Of a stretch of DNA of 40,302 nt, positions 10,465-20,014 are shown one piece after another. Within the stretch, counting starts at the first letter, position 1. Each line of letters starts with the position of its first letter. Both the position numbers and the translations under genes were made by a program. This DNA is from Candidatus Fervidifonticultor sextus (lineage in GTDB: Bacteria > Sysuimicrobiota > Sysuimicrobiia > Sysuimicrobiales > Humicultoraceae): assembly GCA_031459875.1 (NCBI GenBank), contig JAVKHQ010000024.1, forward strand, positions 1-40,302, in the 5' to 3' direction. A model generated the notes under the pieces. The model made no database searches, was not told the DNA's origin, and saw nothing but the letters and a program-made list of their open reading frames with translations.

Positions 10465-12596
10465 GGGTCGCCCTGGCGCTGGCGCTCGCGGCCGCCGTGG
10501 CGCAGGCTGGGGCCGCGCCGGCGCGGGCCGGGCAGGATCGCTCCGTCGACCGGCTCCGACCGGCCCCGCGCGAGACCCGCATCATCCCTCTGCCGAAGTC
10601 GCTGCGCTGGCTGGACGGGGCGTTTGAGGTCACACCCGCCGGACGGATCCTCGTGGGCGCAGCGGCCCAGCCCGAAGACCTCTACGCCGCGCGCGACCTG
10701 AACCGGGAGCTGGCGGCCTGGGGCGCGCCCCCCCTGGAGGTCGTGCGCGCCGTCGCCGGCAGCGTGCCCGCCGGGACGATCGTCATCGGGGAACCCTCCC
10801 TCAACCCGCTGGCAGCGGACCTGCTGGCCCGCGACGGTCTGCGGGTCGCTCCCGGGGATCCGGGACCCGAGGGCTATGTGCTGCTCGTGACACCCGGGTA
10901 CGTCGTCGCCAGCGGCGCCGACCGCCGGGGAACCTACTACGCGGTTCAGACGCTGCGGCAACTGCTGGGCCGCGCCGACGGCCGCCTCGTCTTCCAGGGG
11001 GCCGCCATCCGGGACTGGCCCGACCACCGGATCCGCGCCGTCCACGTGCTGCTGGACGACGCCTCCGACGTCTTTCACACGGCCATGATCGAGCGCATTT
11101 TCAGCCGCTACAAGTTCAACATGCTGATTGCCCAGGCCGACTACGTGCGGTGGGACAGCGCGCGGAATCTCTGGCATCCCGGCGGCGCGACGAAGGCGCA
11201 GGCGGCGGCGGTCGTGGCGGCGGCCCGCGCCCACCTCATGGACCCGGTCCCGCTGATCCCTACCCTCGGCCACGTGGGCTGGCTGTTTGCCAACGACCAG
11301 AACCTCGACCTGCTGGAGATGCCGGCGGAGGCCGCCCCGGCGAGGTTCGTCTACCATCCGTTGAACCCGCGCGTCTACCAGGTCATCCTGCCGATCCTCG
11401 ACGAAGCGGTCGCGCTGTTCCGGCCGCGCTACCTCCACATCGGCCACGACGAGGTGCGCAACGTGGTCCCCTTCCCCTGGTCGGAGGAAGGCCGCCGCCT
11501 GGGCTTCGGCGAGCTCTTCGTCCGCGACGTCCTGCGGCTCTACGAGCACCTGGCATCGCGCGGCGTCGGCACGATGATGTGGGCCGACGTCCTGCTGTCC
11601 AGCGAGTACGTGCCCGAGTGGGCGCGGCTGCCGCGCGATATCCTGATGGTCGACTGGCAGTACCAGGCCGCGGCGCGCTATCCGAGCCTGGACCGGCTGC
11701 GGGCCCTGGGGTTCCCGGTGCTGGGGGCGACCTGGCACGGCTTTGCCAACAACGCGGCGCTGGCGCGCGACGCCCTGCGGGCGGGAGCCGCGGGGTTGGT
11801 CCGGACGACCTGGACGGGGTTCTTCGGAAACCGTGCGGCCCTCCAGTCCCAGTACCAGCAGCTCTACAGTTATCTCGTGGCGGCGGATCACTTCTGGCAT
11901 GCCGGCCGGGCCGACCCGTCCATGGACGAGATCGCGGCGGCCGCCCGCTTCCGGGCCGACTGGCACCAGGTGCGCGAGAACCCGCAGCCGGCCTCCGGCC
12001 GTCCCCTGGACCTGCGGGCGGTGGCGAACCGCAGCCACACGGACGACGGGTCTGGCTGGCTGGGGAAGGGACCCGCCTACGACCTCCGGGGTCTCCCGAT
12101 GGGGCTGCAGCGGTTCGGCGGGGTCCCCTTCCTGATCCTCGACCCCCTGGAGCGGGACGGTCGGAGCATCGTCATGCTGCGGGGGAGCCGCCCGCCGGCC
12201 TCCGACCTGCCCGACCGGGTGCGCATCGGCGCCGGGTTCGCCGCCGCCGGGCTGTGTTTCCTCCACGCGCTCCCGTACCCCGCGTCGCAGTTCGGGCAGG
12301 TGGTGGCCACCTACCGGGTGCGGTTCGCAGACGACGGCGTCGCGGCCATCCCGGTCCGCTACCGGCAGAACATCGGCACCTGGCTGGAAGACCCCGCCTC
12401 GATCGATCACGAGATCGTCTGGACCGGCCGGACGAGATCCGGCGTGCCTGTCCGGCTGTCCATGCTGTGCTGGACGAACCCCGACCCGCAGCGTCCCATC
12501 CTAACCATCGACCTGGAGGCCGCAGGCGCCGAGTCCGCCCCGGCGATCTTCGCCATCACGGCGCTGGAGCGGCCACGCGGGCCGGCACATCCGTGA
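10461..12596 (+). CDS. Secreted GH20 beta-N-acetylhexosaminidase with extra C-terminal domain
   Basis: GH20b domain (IIPLPK, PEGYVL, G.YYAVQTLRQL, IRDWP), catalytic HIGHDE, MMWAD, DWQY; GTGA overlap with the SBP stop. Confidence 0.9.
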   Translation: MRVALALALAAAVAQAGAAPARAGQDRSVDRLRPAPRETRIIPLPKSLRWLDGAFEVTPAGRILVGAAAQPEDLYAARDLNRELAAWGAPPLEVVRAVAGSVPAGTIVIGEPSLNPLAADLLARDGLRVAPGDPGPEGYVLLVTPGYVVASGADRRGTYYAVQTLRQLLGRADGRLVFQGAAIRDWPDHRIRAVHVLLDDASDVFHTAMIERIFSRYKFNMLIAQADYVRWDSARNLWHPGGATKAQAAAVVAAARAHLMDPVPLIPTLGHVGWLFANDQNLDLLEMPAEAAPARFVYHPLNPRVYQVILPILDEAVALFRPRYLHIGHDEVRNVVPFPWSEEGRRLGFGELFVRDVLRLYEHLASRGVGTMMWADVLLSSEYVPEWARLPRDILMVDWQYQAAARYPSLDRLRALGFPVLGATWHGFANNAALARDALRAGAAGLVRTTWTGFFGNRAALQSQYQQLYSYLVAADHFWHAGRADPSMDEIAAAARFRADWHQVRENPQPASGRPLDLRAVANRSHTDDGSGWLGKGPAYDLRGLPMGLQRFGGVPFLILDPLERDGRSIVMLRGSRPPASDLPDRVRIGAGFAAAGLCFLHALPYPASQFGQVVATYRVRFADDGVAAIPVRYRQNIGTWLEDPASIDHEIVWTGRTRSGVPVRLSMLCWTNPDPQRPILTIDLEAAGAESAPAIFAITALERPRGPAHP

Positions 12597-12615
12597 GGCG
12601 ATAGGAGGCAACCGC

Positions 12616-13092
12616 GTGAAAGACCGCGGCGTCGTGCTCGCCATCCACCTGCAGCCAGCCAGGGGGCAGCCGCCGCGCTCTGTCGGCCAGGCGCGGGCGC
12701 TGGTGGGCTTTGGCCTGGAGGGTGACTGCCACGGCAAGCACCGCCCCGGGAGTGCGCGTCAGGTGCTGCTGGTCGACCGCCGGACCCTGGAGGCGCTGGG
12801 CTTCGAGCCCGGCGCGCTGCGGGAGCAGCTGACCGTGGACCTGCCGGGTCTGGACAGCCTGCCGCCCGGGGTCCGCCTCACCGTCGGCGAGGCGGTCCTG
12901 GAGGTCACCGGTGCCTGCCACCCGTGCGAGGTGATCGGCAGGATCAACGCCGTGGCCGATCCGTATGCGCTCCGGGACGCCCTGGTGGGCCGGCGGGGCG
13001 TCCTGGCGAAGGTCATCGAGGTGGTGGGCGAGGGCCGCATCCGCCCTGGCGACCCGCTCGTGGTCCAGGCGCCTGCGCCGGCGTCGCCGTGA
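12616..13092 (+). CDS. MOSC domain protein
   Basis: GLEGD.H, RQVLL, PGALREQL, LEVTGACHPC, RRGVLAKV..G.IRPGD; AGGAGG RBS. Confidence 0.9.
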   Translation: MKDRGVVLAIHLQPARGQPPRSVGQARALVGFGLEGDCHGKHRPGSARQVLLVDRRTLEALGFEPGALREQLTVDLPGLDSLPPGVRLTVGEAVLEVTGACHPCEVIGRINAVADPYALRDALVGRRGVLAKVIEVVGEGRIRPGDPLVVQAPAPASP

Positions 13093-14105
13093 TGCACCTG
13101 GCCGGGCGCCTCGTCGTGGAGCAGGTCGAGAGCCAGGCGCTGCGGGGCAACCCGCTGGGCGACCCGCACGTCCGTCAGATTCCCGTCTACCTGCCACCCG
13201 GCTACGAGGCCGGCACCGCGGCCTACCCCACGATCTACTGGCTGCACGGCTTCACCGGCATCGGGCTGTCGGCCATCAACGCGAACCCGTGGGTGCCGTC
13301 GTTGCCCGAGTGCATGGACCGGGTCATCGCCGCCGGCGCGCCCCCGGCCATCCTGGTCATGGCCGATGGCTTCACGAAGTTCGGCGGCAGCCAGTACCTG
13401 AACTCCGAGGCCACCGGGCGCTACGAAGACTTCATCGTCGCTGACCTGGTGCCGTACATCGACGGCCGGTACCGGACCCTGGCCGACGCGGCGCACCGGG
13501 GGGTGGACGGCAAGTCCAGCGGCGGCTACGGCGCGCTGGTGCTGGCCATGCGCCACCCCGATGTGTTCGGCGCCGCGGCCGCGCACTCCGCCGACATGTA
13601 CTTCGAGGTCTGCTACATGCCCGACTTCTGGAAGTTCTGCACCATCGTGGCCAGGCACGGAGGGGTGGAGGGATTCCTGCGCGCCTTCCTGGAGATGCCC
13701 AAGAAGACCCCCGAGGCGCTGACCGCCGTCAACATCGCGGCCATGGCCATGGCGTATTCGCCCAATCCGAACCGGCCGCCGTACTTCTTCGACCTGCCCT
13801 TCGATCCCCACACCGGAGAACTCGACGAACAGACCTGGGCACGCTGGCTGGCCTGGGATCCGGTCCGGATGGCCGGGCGCCACGCGGACGCGCTGCGCGC
13901 GCTCCGGCTGCTCTACTTCGAGTGCGGCGCCCGTGACCAGTACCACCTCCATCTGGGCGCCCGGTTGCTCCACCAGCGGCTGGAGCGGCTGGGGATCCGG
14001 CATGAGTACGTCGAGTTCGACGACGACCACACGTCCATCAACTACCGCTACGTGGAATCCCTGCGCCGGCTCTGCCACGCGCTGGCCGGACCCCATGGCG
14101 GCTGA
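13092..14105 (+). CDS. Alpha/beta-hydrolase esterase (CE1/Fes-like)
   Basis: VYLPPGY, WLHGFTG, GKSSGG nucleophile elbow, CGARD, DDDH; TGATG overlap. Confidence 0.9.
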   Translation: MHLAGRLVVEQVESQALRGNPLGDPHVRQIPVYLPPGYEAGTAAYPTIYWLHGFTGIGLSAINANPWVPSLPECMDRVIAAGAPPAILVMADGFTKFGGSQYLNSEATGRYEDFIVADLVPYIDGRYRTLADAAHRGVDGKSSGGYGALVLAMRHPDVFGAAAAHSADMYFEVCYMPDFWKFCTIVARHGGVEGFLRAFLEMPKKTPEALTAVNIAAMAMAYSPNPNRPPYFFDLPFDPHTGELDEQTWARWLAWDPVRMAGRHADALRALRLLYFECGARDQYHLHLGARLLHQRLERLGIRHEYVEFDDDHTSINYRYVESLRRLCHALAGPHGG

Positions 14106-15033
14106 GGTCCCGGCCCCCGCCTCCGCCGCCCGCCCGGTCGGGCTGTTCGGGCTCTCCCGCCGGCAGTGGCAGACCACCCTGGTCGCCTACCTGTTCCTGC
14201 TCCCGGCGCTGCTGCTGCTGAGCCTGTTCACGTTCTACCCCGTGGCGTTTGGGACCGCGCTCAGCCTCTTCGACTACGATGTCATCTCCCCGCCCCGCTT
14301 CGTGGGGCTGGACCACTTCCGCGCGCTGTGGGCCGATCGGTACCTGTGGATCGCGCTGGCCAACTCGGTGAAATTCCTCCTGGTGGTCCCGGTGCTGCAG
14401 GCCTGCTCCATCGGCCTGGCGGTGGCCGTCAACCGGCCGCTGCGCGGCATCCGGTGGTTCCGCGCCGCCTACTACCTGCCGGTGGTGACGTCCATGGTCG
14501 TCGCGGGGCTCATGTGGCGCTGGCTGCTGGAGCAGGACGGGGTCGTCAACTTCGCCCTGCTGCGCCTCGGGGTGCTCGAGCGGCCGGTGGCCTGGCTGGG
14601 GCACCCGGACCTGGCGCTGTACGCCGTGATGTTCGTGACGCTGTGGAAGGGCCTGGGCTACTACATGGTGATCTACCTGGCCGGGCTCCAGGCCATCCCA
14701 CCGGAGGTGGAGGAGGCGGCGGTCACCGACGGCGCCTCGCGCTGGCAGGTCTTCCGGTGGGTCACGATGCCCTTGCTGCGGCCCTCGATCCTGCTGGCGT
14801 CCACGATCTCGGCGATCGCGGCCCTCAAGGTCTTCGAGGAGATCTACGTGATGACCGGCGGCGGGCCCATGTTCCGGACCTACACGATGTTCTTCTACAT
14901 CTTCGACAAGGGCTTCCAGCAGCTGGACCTGGGCTACGCCGCAGCCATCGCGGTCGTGCTGGCCGCGGCCGTGATGGCGCTGTCGGCGGTCAACTTCCGG
15001 ATCTTCCGGCAGGGAGGGTGGACGTATGACTGA
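14095..15033 (+). CDS. Carbohydrate ABC transporter permease 1
   Basis: YLFLLPA, IYLAGLQAIP.E..EAA..DGAS EAA motif. Confidence 0.95.
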   Translation: MAAEVPAPASAARPVGLFGLSRRQWQTTLVAYLFLLPALLLLSLFTFYPVAFGTALSLFDYDVISPPRFVGLDHFRALWADRYLWIALANSVKFLLVVPVLQACSIGLAVAVNRPLRGIRWFRAAYYLPVVTSMVVAGLMWRWLLEQDGVVNFALLRLGVLERPVAWLGHPDLALYAVMFVTLWKGLGYYMVIYLAGLQAIPPEVEEAAVTDGASRWQVFRWVTMPLLRPSILLASTISAIAALKVFEEIYVMTGGGPMFRTYTMFFYIFDKGFQQLDLGYAAAIAVVLAAAVMALSAVNFRIFRQGGWTYD

Positions 15034-15868
15034 GTCCCGACTGCCGGGTCGTCCAGGCGCCGCGGCAGTAGCCGCCCGCTACGCGATGCTGGTGGCACTG
15101 GCCGCCTTCACCACCTTCCCGCTGCTGTGGCTGGCGTCGGTGGCGCTGCGCACCACCGGCGCCGTCTTCGGCTTCCCCCCGTCGCTCGTGCCGTGGCCGC
15201 CATCGCTGGCCAACTTCGCAGCCGTGTGGCACACGATGCCCCTGCCCCGGTTCTTCCTCAACACCCTGCTCCTGTGCGGCGCCGCCGTGGCCCTGAACCT
15301 GATCTTCTGCTCGATGGCCGCCTACCCGCTGGCCCGGATGGAGTTTCCCGGCCGCCGGCTAGTCTTCGCGCTGCTGCTGTCCACCCTGATGCTGCCCGGC
15401 CACGTGGGCCTGATCGTGAACTTCGTGACGCTGCTGCGGCTGCGTCTGGTCGACACCTATGCCGGCGTGCTGCTGCCCGGCGCGGTGTCCGTCTTCGGGA
15501 TCTTCCTGCTCCGGCAGGCCTTCCTGACCGTGCCGCACGACCTGGAGGACGCGGCGCGCATCGACGGCGCCTCCGAGTGGACCATCTGGTGGCGGGTGAT
15601 GGTGCCGGTGATTTCACCGTCGCTGGCGGCGCTGGCCCTGTTCGAGTTCGTCGCAGTCTGGAACTCGTTCCTGTGGCCGCTCATCGTGCTGAAGTCGCCG
15701 GAGAAGTACCCGCTGGCCGTCGGATTGCTTTACCTGTCGGGCCTGTTCGCCCACAACACCCGGGCGGTGGCAGCCGGCGCGGTATTGATGACGCTGCCGA
15801 TCCTGGTCGTGTTCCTGTTCACCCAGCGCTACTTCGTGCGCGGGCTGACGCTGGGGGCGGTCCGGTGA
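15026..15868 (+). CDS. Carbohydrate ABC transporter permease 2
   Basis: DLEDAARIDGASE, WNSFLWPLI, QRYFVRGL..GAV. Confidence 0.95.
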   Translation: MTESRLPGRPGAAAVAARYAMLVALAAFTTFPLLWLASVALRTTGAVFGFPPSLVPWPPSLANFAAVWHTMPLPRFFLNTLLLCGAAVALNLIFCSMAAYPLARMEFPGRRLVFALLLSTLMLPGHVGLIVNFVTLLRLRLVDTYAGVLLPGAVSVFGIFLLRQAFLTVPHDLEDAARIDGASEWTIWWRVMVPVISPSLAALALFEFVAVWNSFLWPLIVLKSPEKYPLAVGLLYLSGLFAHNTRAVAAGAVLMTLPILVVFLFTQRYFVRGLTLGAVR

Positions 15869-15896
15869 GGCCCCCGCAGTCGTCGCGGGGGCGGCG

Positions 15897-17405
15897 ATGA
15901 GGCGGGTGCTCTTCATCCCGCTCGACGATCGGCCGGCCACGCGCGTGACGGTGCTGGACCTGCTGCCGCTGCTCGGCGCCGCGTGGGACACACCGCCGAA
16001 GGACCTGCTCGGCCACCGCCGGAGGCCGGCAGACCTGGACGCCCTCTTCCGCTGGGCGGAGCGCGAGGCCGAAAGCGCCGACGCTCTGATCGCCCCCGCC
16101 GAGGTGTTCGTCCACGGCGGGCTGGTCCCCTCGCGGCTCTCCGTGGATCCCCTGGAGGTGCTGTGGCGACGGCTCGACCGCCTGGTGCGGCTGGCCGGCC
16201 GGGTGCCCACGTATCTGTCCGCGACCAACCCCCGCATCCCGGCCGGCGGCGCCGACGAGGAGCCGGGCTACTGGGCCGAGTACGGCGACCGGCTGCGCGC
16301 GTACTCGACGCACCTGGACGCCGGGGCGCTGGCGGGCGACGACGCGCGCGTGCGCCGCGCGCTGGAGGCCCTCGACGGCGTGCCGGCCGCCGTCGTCGAC
16401 GACTTCCTCCGCCGCCGACGCCGGCAGCTGCTGGTCAACCTGGAACTCATCCTGCTGGCAGCCCAGAGCCGCCTGGCCGCGCTGCTGATCGGTCAGGACG
16501 ACGCCGAACCCCACGGATTCCCGCGCGCCGATCTCGCAGTACTCCAACGGTTCCGCGAACGCTGCGGGGCCGGCCGTGCCTGCGTCTCGGTCGGCGCCGA
16601 CGAACTGGGAGCCCGGTTGCTGGCGCGGCTGGCGGTGGACGCCTCCGGCCGCTCGCCGCGCGTGGCCGTCCGGTACACCTTCCCGGAGGCCAGGCGCAGC
16701 GTGCCGCGCTACGAGCCGTTCCCCCTCGAGGACACGGTGGCCGGCCACCTGGAGGCCGCGGGGTGCACCGTCGCGGCCGGCGACGCCGAGATCCTGCTGT
16801 GGGTGCACAACTTCGCCGGCGCCCAGCAGCGGGAATCGCGGGACCAGCGCGGCGCGCCGCCGGCGCCGGTCCGGACGGTGGCCGCCGCCCTGGCCGAGGC
16901 GGCTTCGCGGGGCATCGTGTGCGGGTGCGCCGACGTGCGGTTCGCCAACGGCGCCGACGACGCGCTGGTGCGGTCGCTGCTGGCGCGGGAGGACCTGGCG
17001 GGCCTGGCCGGGTACGCGGGGTGGAACACCTGCAGCAACAGCCTGGGTACCGTCCTGGCACAGGTGATCCTGGCCTACGGCGCGCAGTCCCACCTGGGTG
17101 AGGCGCGCTTCCGGCAGATCCGCCGGCGCTACCTGACCCGGCGGCTGCTCGACGACTGGGGGTACCAGACGGTCGTGCGGCCCTACCTGGCCGACGAGGT
17201 GGTGGGGGCGTTGGGCGCCGATGCGACCCGCCTGGGGCCGGCCGCGCCGGCGGTGCGCGAGGTGGCATTGCGCCGGTTCCACGAGGAGATCCTGCCGCCG
17301 GTGGAGCGGGCCCTCGGGCCGGCCGGCTTTGCGGACCTGGCGTTTCCCTGGGACCGTCTGTTCGAAGTCGAGGTCCGGTTTTCCGATGAGCCGCAGGGCA
17401 TGTGA
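15897..17405 (+). CDS. DUF4127 family protein
   Basis: FIPLDDRP, GGLVPSR, GQDD, GADE, ADV.FANGAD, YAGWNT.SNSLGT, LLDDWGYQ, FPWDRLFE. Confidence 0.88.
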   Translation: MRRVLFIPLDDRPATRVTVLDLLPLLGAAWDTPPKDLLGHRRRPADLDALFRWAEREAESADALIAPAEVFVHGGLVPSRLSVDPLEVLWRRLDRLVRLAGRVPTYLSATNPRIPAGGADEEPGYWAEYGDRLRAYSTHLDAGALAGDDARVRRALEALDGVPAAVVDDFLRRRRRQLLVNLELILLAAQSRLAALLIGQDDAEPHGFPRADLAVLQRFRERCGAGRACVSVGADELGARLLARLAVDASGRSPRVAVRYTFPEARRSVPRYEPFPLEDTVAGHLEAAGCTVAAGDAEILLWVHNFAGAQQRESRDQRGAPPAPVRTVAAALAEAASRGIVCGCADVRFANGADDALVRSLLAREDLAGLAGYAGWNTCSNSLGTVLAQVILAYGAQSHLGEARFRQIRRRYLTRRLLDDWGYQTVVRPYLADEVVGALGADATRLGPAAPAVREVALRRFHEEILPPVERALGPAGFADLAFPWDRLFEVEVRFSDEPQGM

Positions 17406-18750
17406 CGTGGCGGTGATCGGCGGCGGGCCGGCGGGCAGCGTGGCCGCCATCGCCGCGGCACGGGAGGGTGCGCGCGTCGTGCTCGTCGAACGCTACGGCT
17501 TCCTGGGCGGAACGCTGACGGTCGCCATGGTGGCGCCCATGATGGGGTTCCACGCCGGGAGCCAGCAGGTGGTCCGCGGCATCCCCGGCGAGATCGTGGA
17601 CCGGCTGGTGGCCATCGGCGCCTCGCCCGGGCACGTGCCCGATCCGATTGACTTCTGCGATTCGGTGACCCCGTTCGACTACGAGGGACTCAAGCGCGTC
17701 CTGTTGGAGCTGGCCGTGGAGGCCGGCGTCGAGTTGTGGCTCCACACCGTCTTCCTGGACGCCCGCGTCGCTGCCGGTACCGTCCAGGCCGTCCGCGTCT
17801 GGCAGAAGGACGGGGAGAAGGAGATCCGTGCGCCGGTGTTCGTGGACGCCTCCGGCGACGGCGACCTCTCGGTGGCCGCCGGCGCGCAGGCCGAGATCGG
17901 ACGGCCCGAAGACCACCGCCCGCAGCCGATGACCCTGATGATCCGCCTGGGCGGCGTGGACTGGGACGCCGTGATGGACTACATCGGGCGCCACCCCGAC
18001 GAGATCCAGCACGGGCAGGGGATCCACGGGCGCATCGAGGTCTCGTGGTTGAAGGGGCTGCCCACCCGCGGGTTTGCCGGATTCGGCGCGCTCGTGCGCG
18101 AGGCCCGCCAGCGCGGGGAGTGGACGGTTCCCCGCGACCGGCTGCTGGTCTTCGAGGGCGTGCGGGCCGGAGAAGCCGTCGTGAACACCACGCGGGTGCT
18201 GGGCCGCCTGGGCATCCGGGGCGACGACCTGGCCCGTGCCGAGGTCGAGGGCCGGCAGCAGGCCTATCAGGTGGTGGACCTGCTGCGCCGCCGCGTGCCG
18301 GGATTCGCCGGGGCCTACCTGCTCGAGACGCCGGCCCAGATCGGCGTGCGCGAGACGCGGCGCATCGTGGGAGACTACGTGCTGACCGCCGAGGACATCC
18401 TGGCCGCCCGGAAGTTCGACGACGCCATCGCGTGCGGCGCCTACCCCATCGACATCCACGACCCGGCCTCGGACCGGCTGGTGACCCGCCGCCTGCCGCC
18501 GGGCGAGTACTACACGATCCCGTACCGATGCCTGCTCCCCCGCGGAGGGGAGAACTGGCTGACGGCCGGGCGCTGCATCTCGGCCACCCACGAGGCGTTT
18601 GCGGCCTTCCGGGTCTCGGCCATCGTCATGGCCATCGCGCAGGCGGCCGGGACAGCGGCGGCGATGGCGGCGCGGGCCGGGATCCGACCCCGGGCGATCG
18701 ACCCGCAAGTCCTCAGGCAGGTCCTGCGGGAGCGGGGCGCGTTCGTGTAG
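17386..18750 (+). CDS. FAD-dependent oxidoreductase (PF12831-type)
   Basis: DVAVIGGGPAG, VDASGDGD, GVRETRRI.G.YVLT, YPIDIH, IPYRCLLP, AGRCISATHEA. Confidence 0.92.
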   Translation: MSRRACDVAVIGGGPAGSVAAIAAAREGARVVLVERYGFLGGTLTVAMVAPMMGFHAGSQQVVRGIPGEIVDRLVAIGASPGHVPDPIDFCDSVTPFDYEGLKRVLLELAVEAGVELWLHTVFLDARVAAGTVQAVRVWQKDGEKEIRAPVFVDASGDGDLSVAAGAQAEIGRPEDHRPQPMTLMIRLGGVDWDAVMDYIGRHPDEIQHGQGIHGRIEVSWLKGLPTRGFAGFGALVREARQRGEWTVPRDRLLVFEGVRAGEAVVNTTRVLGRLGIRGDDLARAEVEGRQQAYQVVDLLRRRVPGFAGAYLLETPAQIGVRETRRIVGDYVLTAEDILAARKFDDAIACGAYPIDIHDPASDRLVTRRLPPGEYYTIPYRCLLPRGGENWLTAGRCISATHEAFAAFRVSAIVMAIAQAAGTAAAMAARAGIRPRAIDPQVLRQVLRERGAFV

Positions 18751-18792
18751 GTCCGCGTCGTCGGCACCACCGCGCGGACGACAGGGGTCTCA

Positions 18793-19080
18793 CTATTCGC
18801 CCATGAACCGCAGGAAGATGGGGACCAGGATCGCGATGACGACGAGGGTGAGGATCCAGTAGAACTGCCGATCCATTCGGGACACAAGCTCTCTCCCAAG
18901 CCCTCCAATCTGCTGGTCAATCCTTCCGGTGAGCCTGGACTCGACGCCGTCGATCCTGCTGCTGAGCCTTGCGTCGAGGTGATCGAGGCGAGCCTCAATG
19001 CTCCCCAGGCGCTCGCTGATCTGCTCGTAGGCGCCTTCGAGGTGCGCCATGCGGACCTCGAGCGGATTGACGGCCATCAC
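18793..19080 (-). CDS. Small coiled-coil protein with C-terminal TM anchor (DUF1640/Bdr-like)
   Basis: Heptad-like IEARLDHLDARL..RIDGVESRL..RID followed by WILTLVVIAILVPIFL; GAGGAG RBS; extended -10 TGATAGAAT at 19104-19096. Confidence 0.8.
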   Translation of the reverse strand: MMAVNPLEVRMAHLEGAYEQISERLGSIEARLDHLDARLSSRIDGVESRLTGRIDQQIGGLGRELVSRMDRQFYWILTLVVIAILVPIFLRFMGE

Positions 19081-19302
19081 AGACTCCTCAGGGGAATTCT
19101 ATCATGCGGCGGCGCCGTCACTTCCCGTCTATCTCTCGGCTGGCTGGGCCTCGTTTTCAACCCCCCATGCTGGCGGGTGCGGCAGGGGGCCCGCCACCGC
19201 TCGTTGCCCCGGGCAGGCCCGCGGCAACCCCCAGGAGCCGGCCGCGGTGCCCACGAAGTGTGCTCCCCGTGCGCCTGCATCGTGTCCCGTCGGTGATCGG
19301 CG

Positions 19303-19974
19303 ATGGCTGATCCCCTCTCCCGGCGCGGCCTGTTGATCGTCAGCCTCCCGCGCAACGATGTGGCCCTGGCGCGGGCTGCGGCCGCTGCCGGCGCGGACCT
19401 GCTCAAGGTGCACGTTAACGTCCGCCACCGGGCGTCTGGCACGCGGTTTGGGTCCCTCGACGACGAGGAGGACGCGATCGCCCGGGTCCTGGAGGTCGGG
19501 CTCCCGACGGGCCTGGTGCCCGGCGAAGAAGCGATGGTGACCCCGGACCAGGTCCCGCGCCTGCGGCGGTTCGCCTTTCTCGACGCGTTCGTGACCCGGC
19601 TTCCGCTCTTCCTCTACGACGTGGGCGTCCCGGTGATCCCGGCGATTCCGCACGACTATCCGGCCGAAGCGCTGGGCTCGCTGGGCGCGCTGCCCGGCGA
19701 GTGGTTGGAGGCGGCGCTGGTCCCGCCGGAGGGGTACGGTCTGGATCCGGTCGCCGACGACCTGGTGGCGCTGGCGCGCCTGGGGGCGATCTCCCGTCGC
19801 CGGCTCATTGTGCCGACCCAGCGGCGGATCCGGCCCGAGGACGTGAGCCGCTACTTCGCCATCCCGCAGGTCTGGGCGGTCATGATCGGCGCCGTGGTGG
19901 CCGGACGGACGGCCCGCGGCCTCGGCCGGGCCACCGAGGCGTTCCGCCGCGCCCTGGAGGCGCTGGCGCCGTGA
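19303..19974 (+). CDS. Uncharacterised ribulose-phosphate-binding TIM-barrel protein (NanE-like fold)
   Basis: LIVSLP, AAAAAGAD.LKVH, LIVPTQ, C-terminal AVMIGAVV phosphate-binding-like strand. Confidence 0.6.
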   Translation: MADPLSRRGLLIVSLPRNDVALARAAAAAGADLLKVHVNVRHRASGTRFGSLDDEEDAIARVLEVGLPTGLVPGEEAMVTPDQVPRLRRFAFLDAFVTRLPLFLYDVGVPVIPAIPHDYPAEALGSLGALPGEWLEAALVPPEGYGLDPVADDLVALARLGAISRRRLIVPTQRRIRPEDVSRYFAIPQVWAVMIGAVVAGRTARGLGRATEAFRRALEALAP

Positions 19975-20014
19975 CGCCGCCGGTGTCCGGGGGTTGCGAG
20001 GCGCAGGCAGCGCC

